A stretch of DNA of 63,931 nt, filler included, from Octopus bimaculoides (GCF_001194135.2; 7 parts of 7 records of this genome joined end to end with filler, not necessarily neighbours in it); one strand, 5' to 3'. Counted from the first letter of the whole stretch, positions 1 through 13,472 are shown. Translations and numbers: made by a program. The notes: generated by a model from the sequence alone, not told the origin.

Positions 1-2749
1 TTGCGAATGCCAAGCAGTACAGTATGCTGTTTCAAAATATCTGTTAGAGTGAATTGCGTCATGGTGCTGTTTTCTCACAGGCGGTGCCCAACTGACCCTA
101 CTATACTGTCTTGTTGACAAAATGAATGAGTCGACAAACAATGCAGATGCGCGAAATTAAAAATATAAAATGGTGACAATTTACCCATCATGCACTGTGT
201 GTGTGGGTGGGTGGGTGTGTGTGTGTATGTGTGTATGTGTGTGTATGTGTGCGTGCGTGTGCGCGTGCGTGCGTATGTGTGTATGCATACGGTTGCGCGA
301 ATTGTTTCCAAAATTGGGATGCATAAATAATTTGACCTCGGTTACATAATAGGGTCTTCATTTTATTTTTTTATTAAAAATATATATAATATTGCTTTAT
401 ATATTAATATGCGAAATTTTGTACTTGTGTCAGCGTGTCCGTTAATATCAGTGTATGTACATGTAGCACTGCACACATGTTTGATAATAGAAGATTAAAT
501 GAACGGTTTATGTTGCTTTGGTGGTATTTTTTTCACCAAATAATTGAACTACCGAGAAATTTTATGAGTAGCCCGGCAATCTATATTTCCGATTAACCTA
601 CGAACGGAAAATCAAATTGAAGGCTGGTTATTGTGGAGATTGTTGCACTTAAACGATCATAGAACATATAAGTTTTCAAGCGATGCAATATAGAGCTACT
701 AAATTGTTTGGGAGTAGATTACGGATAATGACTACAAAACATAATTGTCTTTTAAGCATATTTTCTTCACCCCTATTTTCATATATAAAATATAAACATG
801 TACATCTTTTGGAACATTGTCATTTTATAAGATTTTGCTGGCAAATTTTTTTAATTAGCATTTATTTACATGAAAGAAAATTACCAGAGATATAACACGT
901 GTTCGAAAGGTAATGAATACGCACGCCATCCGTTTTCGGCGTAACACTAACCATAATCCTAACCCTAAACCCTAAACCCTAAACACCAGGTGTGCATATT
1001 CTTTACCGTCGTCCACGTATTATGCTAAAAATAACAGCTAAATTAGATATTTTGGATGAATTTTTTAACTTAACATAAACATTTACTTAGATGAAAGAAA
1101 ATTACCGAGACATAACACGTGTTGGGCGGNNNNNNNNNNNNNNNNNNNNNNNNNNNNNNNNNNNNNNNNNNNNNNNNNNNNNNNNNNNNNNNNNNNNNNN
1201 NNNNNNNNNNNNNNNNNNNNNNNNNNNNNNNNNNNNNNNNNNNNNNNNNNNNNNNNNNNNNNNNNNNNNNNNNNNNNNNNNNNNNNNNNNNNNNNNNNNN
1301 NNNNNNNNNNNNNNNNNNNNNNNNNNNNNNNNNNNNNNNNNNNNNNNNNNNNNNNNNNNNNNNNNNNNNNNNNNNNNNNNNNNNNNNNNNNNNNNNNNNN
1401 NNNNNNNNNNNNNNNNNNNNNNNNNNNNNNNNNNNNNNNNNNNNNNNNNNNNNNNNNNNNNNNNNNNNNNNNNNNNNNNNNNNNNNNNNNNNNNNNNNNN
1501 NNNNNNNNNNNNNNNNNNNNNNNNNNNNNNNNNNNNNNNNNNNNNNNNNNNNNNNNNNNNNNNNNNNNNNNNNNNNNNNNNNNNNNNNNNNNNNNNNNNN
1601 NNNNNNNNNNNNNNNNNNNNNNNNNNNNNNNNNNNNNNNNGGGAGAAAATGAAAATTTTGAAAACGTGATTCCTGGACAAAATCGTATTAAGCCCCTTTA
1701 TACGATGAAACAATACATAGTTTGTAATCCTTTTTTAAGAACAGACAGCACTTTCATGCAAACCCATACAAACTGTACCCTTCCCCTTCACTTTTAAACA
1801 AATAATAACTTCCATTATGCCATTAATCATATATCCGCTGTGCCGATTCTGCCCATGAGAAAGGAGGAAATAATACAATGTATTTGTAGGTCATAAGAAT
1901 CGGGCAACGCCAGGATGCATTGCTAGTATGTGTATGTGTATATATATAAGTGTATGTATGTATGTATGTATGTATGTATGTATGTATGTATGCATGTATG
2001 TATGTATGTATGTATGTTATCAATCAGTTTCATTTCTGTATTTCTTGTCCATAGAGAAAGAGCCGGACTCTAACATAGATTCAAGGCTCCTTCATTGGAA
2101 CTTTTATCAACATCATCTAGGTATTTGTGCATATGTGTGTGTGTGCAGTATTTGGTGTTAGTGTATGCGCAGATTTGTATGTTTGTTTTATGGATGCGTT
2201 TTTATGTCTAGATGCATGCATATGTATTTATGTGCTAAATTTTTGAAANNNNNNNNNNNNNNNNNNNNNNNNNNNNNNNNNNNNNNNNNNNNNNNNNNNN
2301 NNNNNNNNNNNNNNNNNNNNNNNNNNNNNNNNNNNNNNNNNNNNNNNNNNNNNNNNNNNNNNNNNNNNNNNNNNNNNNNNNNNNNNNNNNNNNNNNNNNN
2401 NNNNNNNNNNNNNNNNNNNNNNNNNNNNNNNNNNNNNNNNNNNNNNNNNNNNNNNNNNNNNNNNNNNNNNNNNNNNNNNNNNNNNNNNNNNNNNNNNNNN
2501 NNNNNNNNNNNNNNNNNNNNNNNNNNNNNNNNNNNNNNNNNNNNNNNNNNNNNNNNNNNNNNNNNNNNNNNNNNNNNNNNNNNNNNNNNNNNNNNNNNNN
2601 NNNNNNNNNNNNNNNNNNNNNNNNNNNNNNNNNNNNNNNNNNNNNNNNNNNNNNNNNNNNNNNNNNNNNNNNNNNNNNNNNNNNNNNNNNNNNNNNNNNN
2701 NNNNNNNNNNNNNNNNNNNNNNNNNNNNNNNNNNNNNNNNNNNNNNNNC

Positions 2750-2885
2750 AAAGTGAGAGTTGGTGACCCGATTGTTTGTCCACGATAGACTGCTCTGGTT
2801 GTCAATGTTGTTATCACCCTGGAGCTTTCTGTTAACGTATCCATGCATGGTCTTCTGCTGGAATGCATTCATCCTCTCCTCTGAT
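2750..2885 (-). mobile_element. Probable R4/Dong-like (RLE-clade) non-LTR retrotransposon fragment
   Basis: Minus frame reads KTMHGYVNRKLQGDNNIDNQSSLSWTNNRVTNSHF, resembling the post-RT 'K.LHG.Y....ID...S..W' segment of R4/Dong ORFs. It runs into a gap. Confidence 0.45.
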
Positions 2886-4630
2886 GTTATGTTACGGTAG
2901 AGTCTGCTTGTATGTATGTATGTACGTATGTATGTATGTATGTATGTATGTATGTATGTATGTATGTATGTGTGTATGTATGTATGAAAGAGGCAGCAAC
3001 TGCATTCATGAGAGGCAGTTGAAATTCAGTTAGAAAACTAATGATGCTGAAATTGTACCTCTACTACAGTTAATTTTCCCACGTGTTCAAACTTGGATAA
3101 CGCTGCTATTTTTCATGTGTTAGTGAGAAATAGAACTTCCATAGCTTTGTTAAATCCTCTTAGTTTGTGGATAATCGGAAGGAATGATTTTTTCCATTCA
3201 AGTAGCAGGCGGAACGACTGCTACGTTAAACTTTACAATTCGCTTTTTCGGAAGAGAAGATTTCAGTTTAATAATTGTAGCGGAAACAAATTGTAAAAAG
3301 TATTTGTAATTCTCTCTAGATTTAATCTTCAATATATGTGTATGTGTCTAAGTATATAAGTAGTGTTACACATTTGCAGATATTCTAGCGATATTGCAAT
3401 GCACAACAAAACTTTTGTTTATAAATATTTGACAATTGTTCACAGCTGAAGTATATTTCATCATTGAATAGTAAATCAAGCATTATGCGAAAATCTCAAA
3501 TCTCAGGCTTATTCATTATATTTAGAACAAGAGATTTATATTACGTTTATATATATANNNNNNNNNNNNNNNNNNNNNNNNNNNNNNNNNNNNNNNNNNN
3601 NNNNNNNNNNNNNNNNNNNNNNNNNNNNNNNNNNNNNNNNNNNNNNNNNNNNNNNNNNNNNNNNNNNNNNNNNNNATATATATTTATATATATTTTGAAT
3701 CCGTAAATTTGTAGCACCTACAGACCAGAAAGTGAAGTCGAGCAAAGGAGATCTGTGCAATTTATGTTTTCGTGATTTGTTTCTTTTTCTGTATTCCTGT
3801 AATGGCTGATTTATTACAATAAAACTATGGTCGTAGTAACTACAAAGTTTACCGTCTGTAGGTTGGAGTGATCTTCGTGGGAGACTACTTGCATGAAATT
3901 AATAATCCATCTGAAAGATTTCTTGTCTATAGATTTGTCAGCTAACAGAAATATATCTCACACTATATAATGCGAAAATCTTTCACGGTACCGAAATCAA
4001 AACTACTTGACAATTTTGTTTTTTTGCTTGTTTGTTTGTTTTGTTTTATTTTTTTCTCGCCAAAATTACGGAAAAATATAAAGTAAAGTCATTAAAATCC
4101 CAATGTAACATGAAATCATATAGAAAGATTACTGAAAGGGCATCCCAGAACACAGAAAGTAGCAAAAGGAATTAGACGAAATTCATGGTCATCAGTGGAT
4201 ATGTGAATGAATGTTTGTTCATATATCCCTTTTTAATTAAATCATTTAAAAGTCATGCATTTACATGATAATGATGCTCGGTAGTGGCACTGTTTTACTA
4301 CAGTTACATCGAAGTATTAAATGGGTTAGCAAATCTTAAGAAGTAATTGGAACCTATCCTAAAGGGTTATTTATATACTTCTGCTCTTCACACACTATGG
4401 AACATAGGCCATCCACAGCTTTTCTCCAAAATCCTTAACTCTGGGCTTTCATCTCACGGGTCTTGTTGGTTTTAAAATGCAGTCAATATTTCTCTTTGTC
4501 GTTGTTAATTTATGCGAACACTATGTGTTTGTGTTTGTGTGTATGTGTTTGTGTGTGTGTGTTTGTGTACCTTTTGATTCACTATACATTATAAATCTTA
4601 ATATAAACCCATTTCAATCACCACAGTTTA

Positions 4631-4861
4631 AGGCGGCGAGCTGGCAGAAACGTTAGCACGCCGGGCGAAATGCTCGGCGGTATTTCGTCTGCCGCTAAGT
4701 TCTGAGTTCAAATTCCGCCGAGGTCGACTTTGCCTTTCATCCTTTCGGGGTCGATTAAATAAGTACCAGTTACGCACTGGTGTCGATATAATCGACTTAA
4801 TGCGTTTGTCTGTCTTTGTTTGTCCCCTATGTGTGTAGCCTCTTGTGGGTAGTAAAGAAAT
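4631..4861 (+). mobile_element. tRNA-derived SINE, near full length (family A)
   Basis: tRNA-like head (GGCGGCGAGCTGGCAGAAACGTTAGC; B-box-like GAGTTCAAATTCC) and central GCCTTTCATCCTTTCGGGGTCGATTAAATAAGTACCAG. An inverted homolog lies at ~17255-17465 and a remnant at ~19180-19290. Confidence 0.8.
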
Positions 4862-4874
4862 GACACTATACAAA

Positions 4875-5040
4875 CTCATTTTTACTTCTGGGAACAGGAG
4901 ACCGTATTAGTCTGGCCACTATCTTCTGACTTGCCTAACATGGAAGACCCTACCAGAAGCCTGCACACCACTTATATAGCTCTGAAAAACATTACGGCAT
5001 ACAAGCCATCACGCCACAACATAGACTGAGTCATGAGGTG
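4875..5040 (-). mobile_element. Possible degenerate RTE 5' UTR remnant
   Basis: Minus strand GGCTTGTATGCC...GAGCTAT...CTGGTAGGGTCTTCCATG...GTCAGAAG...CCAGACTAA resembles RTE 5' UTR motifs as recalled from memory. Confidence 0.35.
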
Positions 5041-5372
5041 CATGTTACTGGGGGCAGACGAATTAAAAACTATATTGTTACCATTTGCATCTGGATCCAA
5101 AATGCAGAAGAATAGTAGTAAATATTAAAGGCATTTTACGTGATGTTCTCTTTTTTCGGCCAATCTGCTCTTTTAAGGGAGAAGAAATATTATACAAGGT
5201 GATTCCGAAGGTCTTTTAAAATTGACATAATTATTGCAATTTTGCCTTTTACGTATTCAATATTATAATTGGTATTTGGCTGTAAACATCTTTCGGCATA
5301 TAAAGTTCTTTATATATTTTAGGGAAATATAATAAGCAAAATACCAACAAATTCTCGCGTTCTTGAAATTGG

Positions 5373-5457
<85 letters not shown>

Positions 5458-6480
5458 CATGCAAACACATACATACACGTTGGCATACATACACACATAC
5501 TCATACGCACATACTCACACAGACACAAGTGTACCCATGAGCACACGGTATGTGTGTGTGTGTGTGTGTTTGTGTGTTTGTGTACCTTTTGATTCACTAT
5601 ACATTATAAATCTTAATATAAACCAATTTCAATCACCACAGTTTTATGTTTGAATTGATTTAGTGTCCATAAATTTATATCGGATTTTGATGCAACGTCA
5701 GTGATATTTCTGCTCACTGTCAACAAACTTTTAGTTGTATTTTCAAACCGAGGAAGGAAATGTATTTACAATGTCAACATTGTACATGGTTTAGCATATT
5801 TGTAAGAGAAACCATGCCCCTTGAAACACACTGAGATTCCATAGATTACTTGCAACATTTACCTCCTCATTGAAATCTCAGGACGCACGTAAGGGGTCGA
5901 TACTGCCCAAGTTAACAAACAATAGTCATGCAAGGAAGATAACGTAGTCTTTGAAACTTACTTAACTTATGATAACCAACAACTTAGTTACTTCCTCATT
6001 AACACAAACATTATGAAACTACTAAACGACTTACCTTAGAGTGACTTTTCAAATACTAATATTAATACCAACTAATTCGTGTTATTACTCGTTTATATAA
6101 ATTCTATGTTGGATATTTCCGCAGCTGAAATATTTCACAGTGATATCGCTATTCTATTTATAATGATTGTCTGAAGTTTATCTAAAATTTCGGATATGGA
6201 CACCAATTTATTATCTTGCTTCACATGACAACAAACCGATATGTGACTTAGCAGCTCTAATCTTTACCTCAATTTCATTATCGATGAAATTCAAGGAGAA
6301 TAAATATTTATAGCAGCAATTTCAGCTTACTGCGAATACCATAGGCTTTGATGGTTTATTTGAAAGGTAGCTTAGTACCTCTGTCAAACTGAAAGCAGCT
6401 CAAAGACTTTTACCATCATTGAAGCGTTTAGAGATAGCAGTTAAAGTTTCCTCAAATCACATCCTATTATCATAAATATG

Positions 6481-7125
6481 TAAATATGGATGCGTGTGTG
6501 TTTATGTGTGTCTGTATGTGTGTGTCCATGTGCGTGTGTGGGCGCGTATGCGTATATTTTTTGTGCGTGCGTGTCTGTGTATATTGTGTATGTTTTCGTG
6601 CGTGCGTATGTGTTGTGTATGTGAGTGAGTATTGTGTATGTGAGAGGTGTGTGTGCGTGTGTGCATCTGTGTGTATGTGTATGTGTGTACGTGTATGTGT
6701 GTGGATGTGTGTGTTTGTGTATGCGAGAGGTGTGTGTGCGTGTGTGTATGTGTATGTGTGTATTTATGTGTGTGTGCGTGCGTATGTGTGTGAGAGCGTA
6801 AGGATGTGTGCCAGGTATGTACGTTATTTTGTGTGTGCACTCCTGTGTGTGTGTGTGTGCATGTGTATGCGGCTGTTTATGTACGTGCATGTAGGCTTGC
6901 GCGTATATGTGTGTGTGTGTGTCTGTGTGTGTATAGGGCTGTGTAAGGTGTGTGTCTCTACCACTGTGCGTGTGTGTGTGTGTGTGTATATATGTGCGTT
7001 CGTCTATATGTGCGTGTGAGGGCGCGCATGTATGTTTGTCATGTGTGTGGGCGGTATATATGTAAGGTGTGTGGGAGGTGTGTGTGTTAGGTGTATGGGA
7101 GGTATGTGAGGTATGTGTGAATGGG
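6481..7125. repeat. Long degenerate (GT/AT)n low-complexity tract
   Basis: About 650 bp of GT-rich dinucleotide sequence. It produces spurious VC/HT ORFs. Confidence 0.9.
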
Positions 7126-8094
7126 NNNNNNNNNNNNNNNNNNNNNNNNNNNNNNNNNNNNNNNNNNNNNNNNNNNNNNNNNNNNNNNNNNNNNNNNNNN
7201 NNNNNNNNNNNNNNNNNNNNNNNNNNNNNNNNNNNNNNNNNNNNNNNNNNNNNNNNNNNNNNNNNNNNNNNNNNNNNNNNNNNNNNNNNNNNNNNNNNNN
7301 NNNNNNNNNNNNNNNNNNNNNNNNNNNNNNNNNNNNNNNNNNNNNNNNNNNNNNNNNNNNNNNNNNNNNNNNNNNNNNNNNNNNNNNNNNNNNNNNNNNN
7401 NNNNNNNNNNNNNNNNNNNNNNNNNNNNNNNNNNNNNNNNNNNNNNNNNNNNNNNNNNNNNNNNNNNNNNNNNNNNNNNNNNNNNNNNNNNNNNNNNNNN
7501 NNNNNNNNNNNNNNNNNNNNNNNNNNNNNNNNNNNNNNNNNNNNNNNNNNNNNNNNNNNNNNNNNNNNNNNNNNNNNNNNNNNNNNNNNNNNNNNNNNNN
7601 NNNNNNNNNNNNNNNNNNNNNNNNNNNNNNNNNNNNNNNNNNNNNNNNNNNNNNNNNNNNNNNNNNNNNNNNNNNNNNNNNNNNNNNNNNNNNNNNNNNN
7701 NNNNNNNNNNNNNNNNNNNNNNNNNNNNNNNNNNNNNNNNNNNNNNNNNNNNNNNNNNNNNNNNNNNNNNNNNNNNNNNNNNNNNNNNNNNNNNNNNNNN
7801 NNNNNNNNNNNNNNNNNNNNNNNNNNNNNNNNNNNNNNNNNNNNNNNNNNNNNNNNNNNNNNNNNNNNNNNNNNNNNNNNNNNNNNNNNNNNNNNNNNNN
7901 NNNNNNNNNNNNNNNNNNNNNNNNNNNNNNNNNNNNNNNNNNNNNNNNNNNNNNNNNNNNNNNNNNNNNNNNNNNNNNNNNNNNNNNNNNNNNNNNNNNN
8001 TAGGGAAAATGGGGTGGGTGGTGGGATCGAGCTGGAGGCGACGGAAGGCCCGTAGGATCCTCCGACGAAGGGGTAGGGTGGCAGGGTGGAAACG

Positions 8095-8891
8095 GGCAAC
8101 TAAGTTCCCGCCGTTTTTATTAATTTTAATTTTTAAAAAGGTTTAATAAAAAATAACAACTAATTAATCAATGATGTATTCATCCTTATTGTTTACAACT
8201 TTTCCCAATATTCAACAATACCTCGTTGGTAGAAATCACCCGATTTCGACTCGAAAAATTGGTCCAACCAAGTTTTCAATTCTGCATCAGTATTGAACGA
8301 AACTCCACGCATAGCATTTGAAACAGATCGAAAGACGTGGAAATCCGTTGGTGCCAAATCAGGAGAGTACGGTGGGTGTGGCAGCCCTTCCCAGCCATGC
8401 GTTTGCATGGCTTCCTTGGTCATATTGGTGATATGAGGGCGGGGTTGTCGTGCAGCAGAAGAACTCCATACTGACGATTAGGCCTTTTCTCTTGAATAGC
8501 CGTGTTCAGTCGTTCCATCTGTTGTGCATAGAGTTCCGCGTTGACCGTTTGGTTCCGTTCAAGCAATCCGTAATGGATAATCCCTTCCCAGTCCCACCAT
8601 ACGCACAACATCGTTTTACGCGGATGAAGATCGTTTCACGCGCGGCGTCGCTTATTTACCGGGGCTAAGTCATTCCTTACGCTGCTTCATATTGATGTAC
8701 AGGCACCATTTTTTGTCGCCGGTAACGATTCGATAAAAAAATCTTTGCTTGTGTCCATGAGTAGAGTGGTGATGAGCAAGCAAACTAGCGGAGGTTGAGG
8801 CTCGTTGACTTTTGTTGTTATCACTTAAAACATGCGGAACCCATGCTCCATACTTCTGAACTTTTCCCATCGAGTGTATATACAGTGTCGG
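8095..8891 (-). pseudogene. Mariner (DD34D) transposase remnant, C-terminal part
   Basis: Consecutive minus ORFs carry WVPHVL, IVTGDKKW, MLCVWWDWEGIIHY, LLHDN and HPPYSPDLAPTDFHVF. There is an in-frame stop at 8670 and a frameshift near 8420. The 5' part is lost in a gap. Confidence 0.95.
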
Positions 8892-9810
8892 NNNNNNNNN
8901 NNNNNNNNNNNNNNNNNNNNNNNNNNNNNNNNNNNNNNNNNNNNNNNNNNNNNNNNNNNNNNNNNNNNNNNNNNNNNNNNNNNNNNNNNNNNNNNNNNNN
9001 NNNNNNNNNNNNNNNNNNNNNNNNNNNNNNNNNNNNNNNNNNNNNNNNNNNNNNNNNNNNNNNNNNNNNNNNNNNNNNNNNNNNNNNNNNNNNNNNNNNN
9101 NNNNNNNNNNNNNNNNNNNNNNNNNNNNNNNNNNNNNNNNNNNNNNNNNNNNNNNNNNNNNNNNNNNNNNNNNNNNNNNNNNNNNNNNNNNNNNNNNNNN
9201 NNNNNNNNNNNNNNNNNNNNNNNNNNNNNNNNNNNNNNNNNNNNNNNNNNNNNNNNNNNNNNNNNNNNNNNNNNNNNNNNNNNNNNNNNNNNNNNNNNNN
9301 NNNNNNNNNNNNNNNNNNNNNNNNNNNNNNNNNNNNNNNNNNNNNNNNNNNNNNNNNNNNNNNNNNNNNNNNNNNNNNNNNNNNNNNNNNNNNNNNNNNN
9401 NNNNNNNNNNNNNNNNNNNNNNNNNNNNNNNNNNNNNNNNNNNNNNNNNNNNNNNNNNNNNNNNNNNNNNNNNNNNNNNNNNNNNNNNNNNNNNNNNNNN
9501 NNNNNNNNNNNNNNNNNNNNNNNNNNNNNNNNNNNNNNNNNNNNNNNNNNNNNNNNNNNNNNNNNNNNNNNNNNNNNNNNNNNNNNNNNNNNNNNNNNNN
9601 NNNNNNNNNNNNNNNNNNNNNNNNNNNNNNNNNNNNNNNNNNNNNNNNNNNNNNNNNNNNNNNNNNNNNNNNNNNNNNNNNNNNNNNNNNNNNNNNNNNN
9701 NNNNNNNNNNNNNNNNNNNNNNNNNNNNNNNNNNNNNNNNNNNNNNNNNNNNNNNNNNNNNNNNNNNNNNNNNNNNNNNNNNNNNNNNNNNNNNNNNNNN
9801 NNNNNNNNNN

Positions 9811-9844
<34 letters not shown>

Positions 9845-9962
9845 CATACAAACATAAGAGGAATGACCAGCAAAAGTGGACTCATATATGCTAGAAATAG
9901 ATGCCGAATCATCCAACCACGAAAAATATGTTCCCAATAAAAATTTAGCGACACAACAGACT

Positions 9963-10115
9963 GTAAGGAATGGCTTAGCCCCGGTAAATAAGCGACACCG
10001 CGCGTGAAACGATCTTCATCCGCGTAAAACGATGTTGTGCGTATGGTGGAACTGGGAAGCGATTATCCATTACGAATTGCTTGAAAGGAACCAAACGGTC
10101 AATGCGGAACTTTAT
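9963..10115 (+). mobile_element. Mariner internal fragment, inverted relative to the 8095-8891 copy
   Basis: Encodes MLCVWWNWEAIIHYELLERNQTVNAELY. It has 8 mismatches over ~152 bp against the minus strand of ~8526-8680. Confidence 0.9.
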
Positions 10116-10330
10116 TTGTCTTACCCTTTTACAGTCTGTTGTGTCTCTAATTTTTTATTGGGAACATATTTTTCGTGGTTAGATGATTCGGCATCTATTT
10201 CTAACACACACCACTTTTGCTGGTCATTCCTCTTAGTTTTGTATGTAATATAATTTTAATCTTCGGATTTTTTTAATATGCTAGACCACTGGTTTTAATT
10301 GATTAAAATCAATTTCTACCCTTATTAGTA

Positions 10331-10386
<56 letters not shown>

Positions 10387-10533
10387 ATTAAGGGATCAGC
10401 AACAGTTGCTTCACCACATACCGAAGTTCAGAAATAGCAGCTAAAATGCTGAGACTCCAACAGATAGCATTACTTGTAACTCACAAAGGCAAAACAAGAA
10501 GAAAAAACAACGAAAACTAACCAGTCGAAGTTA

Positions 10534-10592
10534 ATCATAGGCGTGTTTCTGGCTTAGGAGCGATAAACTCTCCATTTCCTCATCAGTATGAT
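10534..10592 (-). ncRNA. Type I hammerhead ribozyme motif, probably inactivated
   Basis: Minus strand reads ATCATA-CTGATGA-[GG..GGAG/CTCC..CC]-A-GAAAC-AC-GCC-TATGAT. Stem I is a perfect 6 bp and the core is intact, but GCC replaces the GUC cleavage triplet. Confidence 0.6.
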
Positions 10593-10796
10593 ATTCCAGT
10601 TGCAAATTCGACGATGCTAGCAATTGTGCATGCATGACCGAGTTAACATCATGCATCGGCACAACTTGAAAGCACCTCCGAACCTACATAGGCTGGCCTG
10701 AAATTATTCTTCAGATCGAAAGGTTTGGGTCCCAAAAATTTCACCTCGAACTATACGACGTGTCGGTTTATATGCTGCCATATATATATATATATA

Positions 10797-11000
10797 TCTT
10801 CCATCTTTTACTTGTTTCAGAAGGGTTTAATCGAGCAAATGGATCCCAATAGATATTTCTAAGCCTGGTCTATCTGTCACTTTTGCCGAACTGCTAATTC
10901 ACGAGAGCATAAGGAAACCAGCACAGGTTGTCAAGCATTGGTGTGAGCAAGCACAAAGACAAAGAAACACACACATGCATACAAACAAATATATATACGT

Positions 11001-11073
<73 letters not shown>

Positions 11074-11232
11074 CGATCGGGTTCTTTCAGATTCCGTCGA
11101 CCAAATCCACTCACAAGGCTTGGCTCCGCTCGCGGTTATAGTAGAAGATACTCATCCAAGGTGCTACGCAATAGGAATGGACCCCTAGTCACATTGTTGA
11201 CAAGCAGACTTCTTACCACATAATCACGCCAT
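10797..11232 (-). mobile_element. Diverged tRNA/CORE-type SINE (family B)
   Basis: Reverse-complement homolog of 58155-58670 with an internal (CA)n/(TA)n tract. Confidence 0.75.
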
Positions 11233-12664
11233 GAAAAGAACATTACAATCTTCACCATATGGAAATTCATCAAAAAAAAACCTTGTGAAAATGTTTTTTA
11301 AATAGATCCTGTGAAAAATTCAGATCTCATTAAATTGTAATTAGTATATGGGTTCTGTTCGTCGAAGAGATGAATAGACTCCACAAGATGTTTCGTAAAA
11401 AAAAAGATCGGATATAAACGACAAATCCCACACCAGGCATTTTAACTTGAATTTGCTTCACCTCAGACTTTGCATTTTGAGCTTTCCCAACTTTCTTCTT
11501 ACCATTCACTTTACTTTTATATTTACTTTTCATTTTCTACAAACCATTTTCCTTTTTCACACCATTATCAATGCTATTCCCATTGGCAAGAGTTAATTTT
11601 GCTTCGTTACGTTTAAAGTTTTGGAACCAATTATATCAATTATATCAGCGGTGGATTTCTTATCGAAGCAGGATTTTTCACTTAGTTATAAACGATTAAA
11701 TATTCATTAGAACATGCGGGTATACTACTCTATCAACCGTGGAAGATACGGTTGGACTTTATGGTATTTAAATTCAGAATTAGAATGCTAAACTCAAATA
11801 GCAGGAAGCATTTTGTTCGATAATTTCTCCTTATAGGAATAATACTATAAAGTTAACATTGAGCATCGACACTTCATTTATATAACGCCTTAAAGTTGAC
11901 TTTACATACTCAGCATAACGACTGAAAATGGGTTAAGTTATGGATGCTTAAGAATACTTTATATACATAAATGTACGAATTTGTCATAAAGCCAGAGCGT
12001 GATTGTTACATTTCTCAGTTTTCATAGAGAGAGAGTCATAAGCAGAAAATTGGATATTTTCTTATTAAATTCTTGCGATAGATATCTTCTTACAGTATTG
12101 TTTCCTTTACGGAAATGTTGTTCCGGATACATTTACTATTAGAAGACGCCAGAATAAAAGAAATTAATCTGCATTGATAGATTCACTGAAAATTGAGAGC
12201 ATATTGGGTCGTGCTAGTCATTTCCTTTATGATTACCAAACAGTTGTGGAGTCTAAATTACTTGTCATGTATAGCCTGAATAATTTCGTCTCGAGCATTT
12301 CGGCAATTGTATTTCCGTCTGAATGTAGCTTCAGAACTAAAACGAAATGCTTTTATTTTTTTGGAATTTTACGTTGCTGGATATCGTTATTCGATCAGTG
12401 ATAAGAGAAACGTGCGTTAAGGAGAAAACTTCCAGTAAATGATATATGAAATAATCTGTGCAGACATAAACCGGATTGTGATGTTATTATTTGAAAATTG
12501 CCGAACGTTGACAATAGGATTCACTGATATAAACACCGCTGATATGTTCGGTGAAGTGAATCATGCGAAGTTAATAAGATGAAAAAATTTGATGCTACCA
12601 TAATCACTTTAAGAGTTTTCCATCCTCTGATTTGACACGTACAAACAGTTGCGTATATGTGTGT

Positions 12665-12735
<71 letters not shown>

Positions 12736-12910
12736 TTCTGCACATTTTCCGTTTAACAGATTTACCAGATTTGGTGCGCATGGTACACTGCAGAGACACC
12801 AAAATATGAAATCAGTGATTTGAGGGAACATATCAACCCCACAAGCATAACAGCATACACATACACACATATATATTTACTCATTCCATCAATAATGTAG
12901 TTTATTAATA

Positions 12911-13472
12911 TCAGGTCATCCCATAAGTTCTGTCCAAATTTTAAATAAAGTGATCAAATGTTATATTTAATTGAAATTTAATCATCAATGTACTTTCCTT
13001 GATTATCTATGACTTCCTTACATCTATTTATAAGCTTTTTAATTGCATCAATGTAAAACTCTTTTGGTTTCAAAGCGAAGAACTCTGAAATGTCAGTTTC
13101 GACATCCTCCTGGCTTGCAAAAGTTATGTCCCCCAAATGATTCTGTGGACTACAAAACAAATGGTAGTCTGAAGGAGCAAGGTCGGGAGAATAAGGTTGG
13201 ATGAGGACTTTTTTCCCAACCAAGCACTTCGGTCTTCTGTGATGTGATCTTTGCAGTGTGAGGTCTAACATTGTTCTGATGAAACATCACTCCTTTTCGA
13301 TTCACTAAAGCGGATCATATTTTTCTTCAAAGCTTGGTTCAAACGCTCTAATTGCTGACAGTAGGCTTGAGCATTGATTGTTGCATTATATGGTAACAAT
13401 TCAAAGTGAATTACTCCTTTAGAATCCCACCAGATAGAGAGAACAAGCTTTTTTCCATGAAGTTCCCTTCTC
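12911..13472 (-). pseudogene. Second mariner transposase remnant with 3' TIR
   Basis: PYSPDLAPSDYHLF...FYIDAIKKLINRCKEVIDNQGKYIDD, plus a TIR-like TA|TCAGGTCATCCCATAAGTTCTGTCC at 12909-12935. Confidence 0.9.

Noticed and set aside
8001-8095. G-rich patch with G-quadruplex-like runs
   Set aside because: It is short, adjacent to a gap and has no supporting context.
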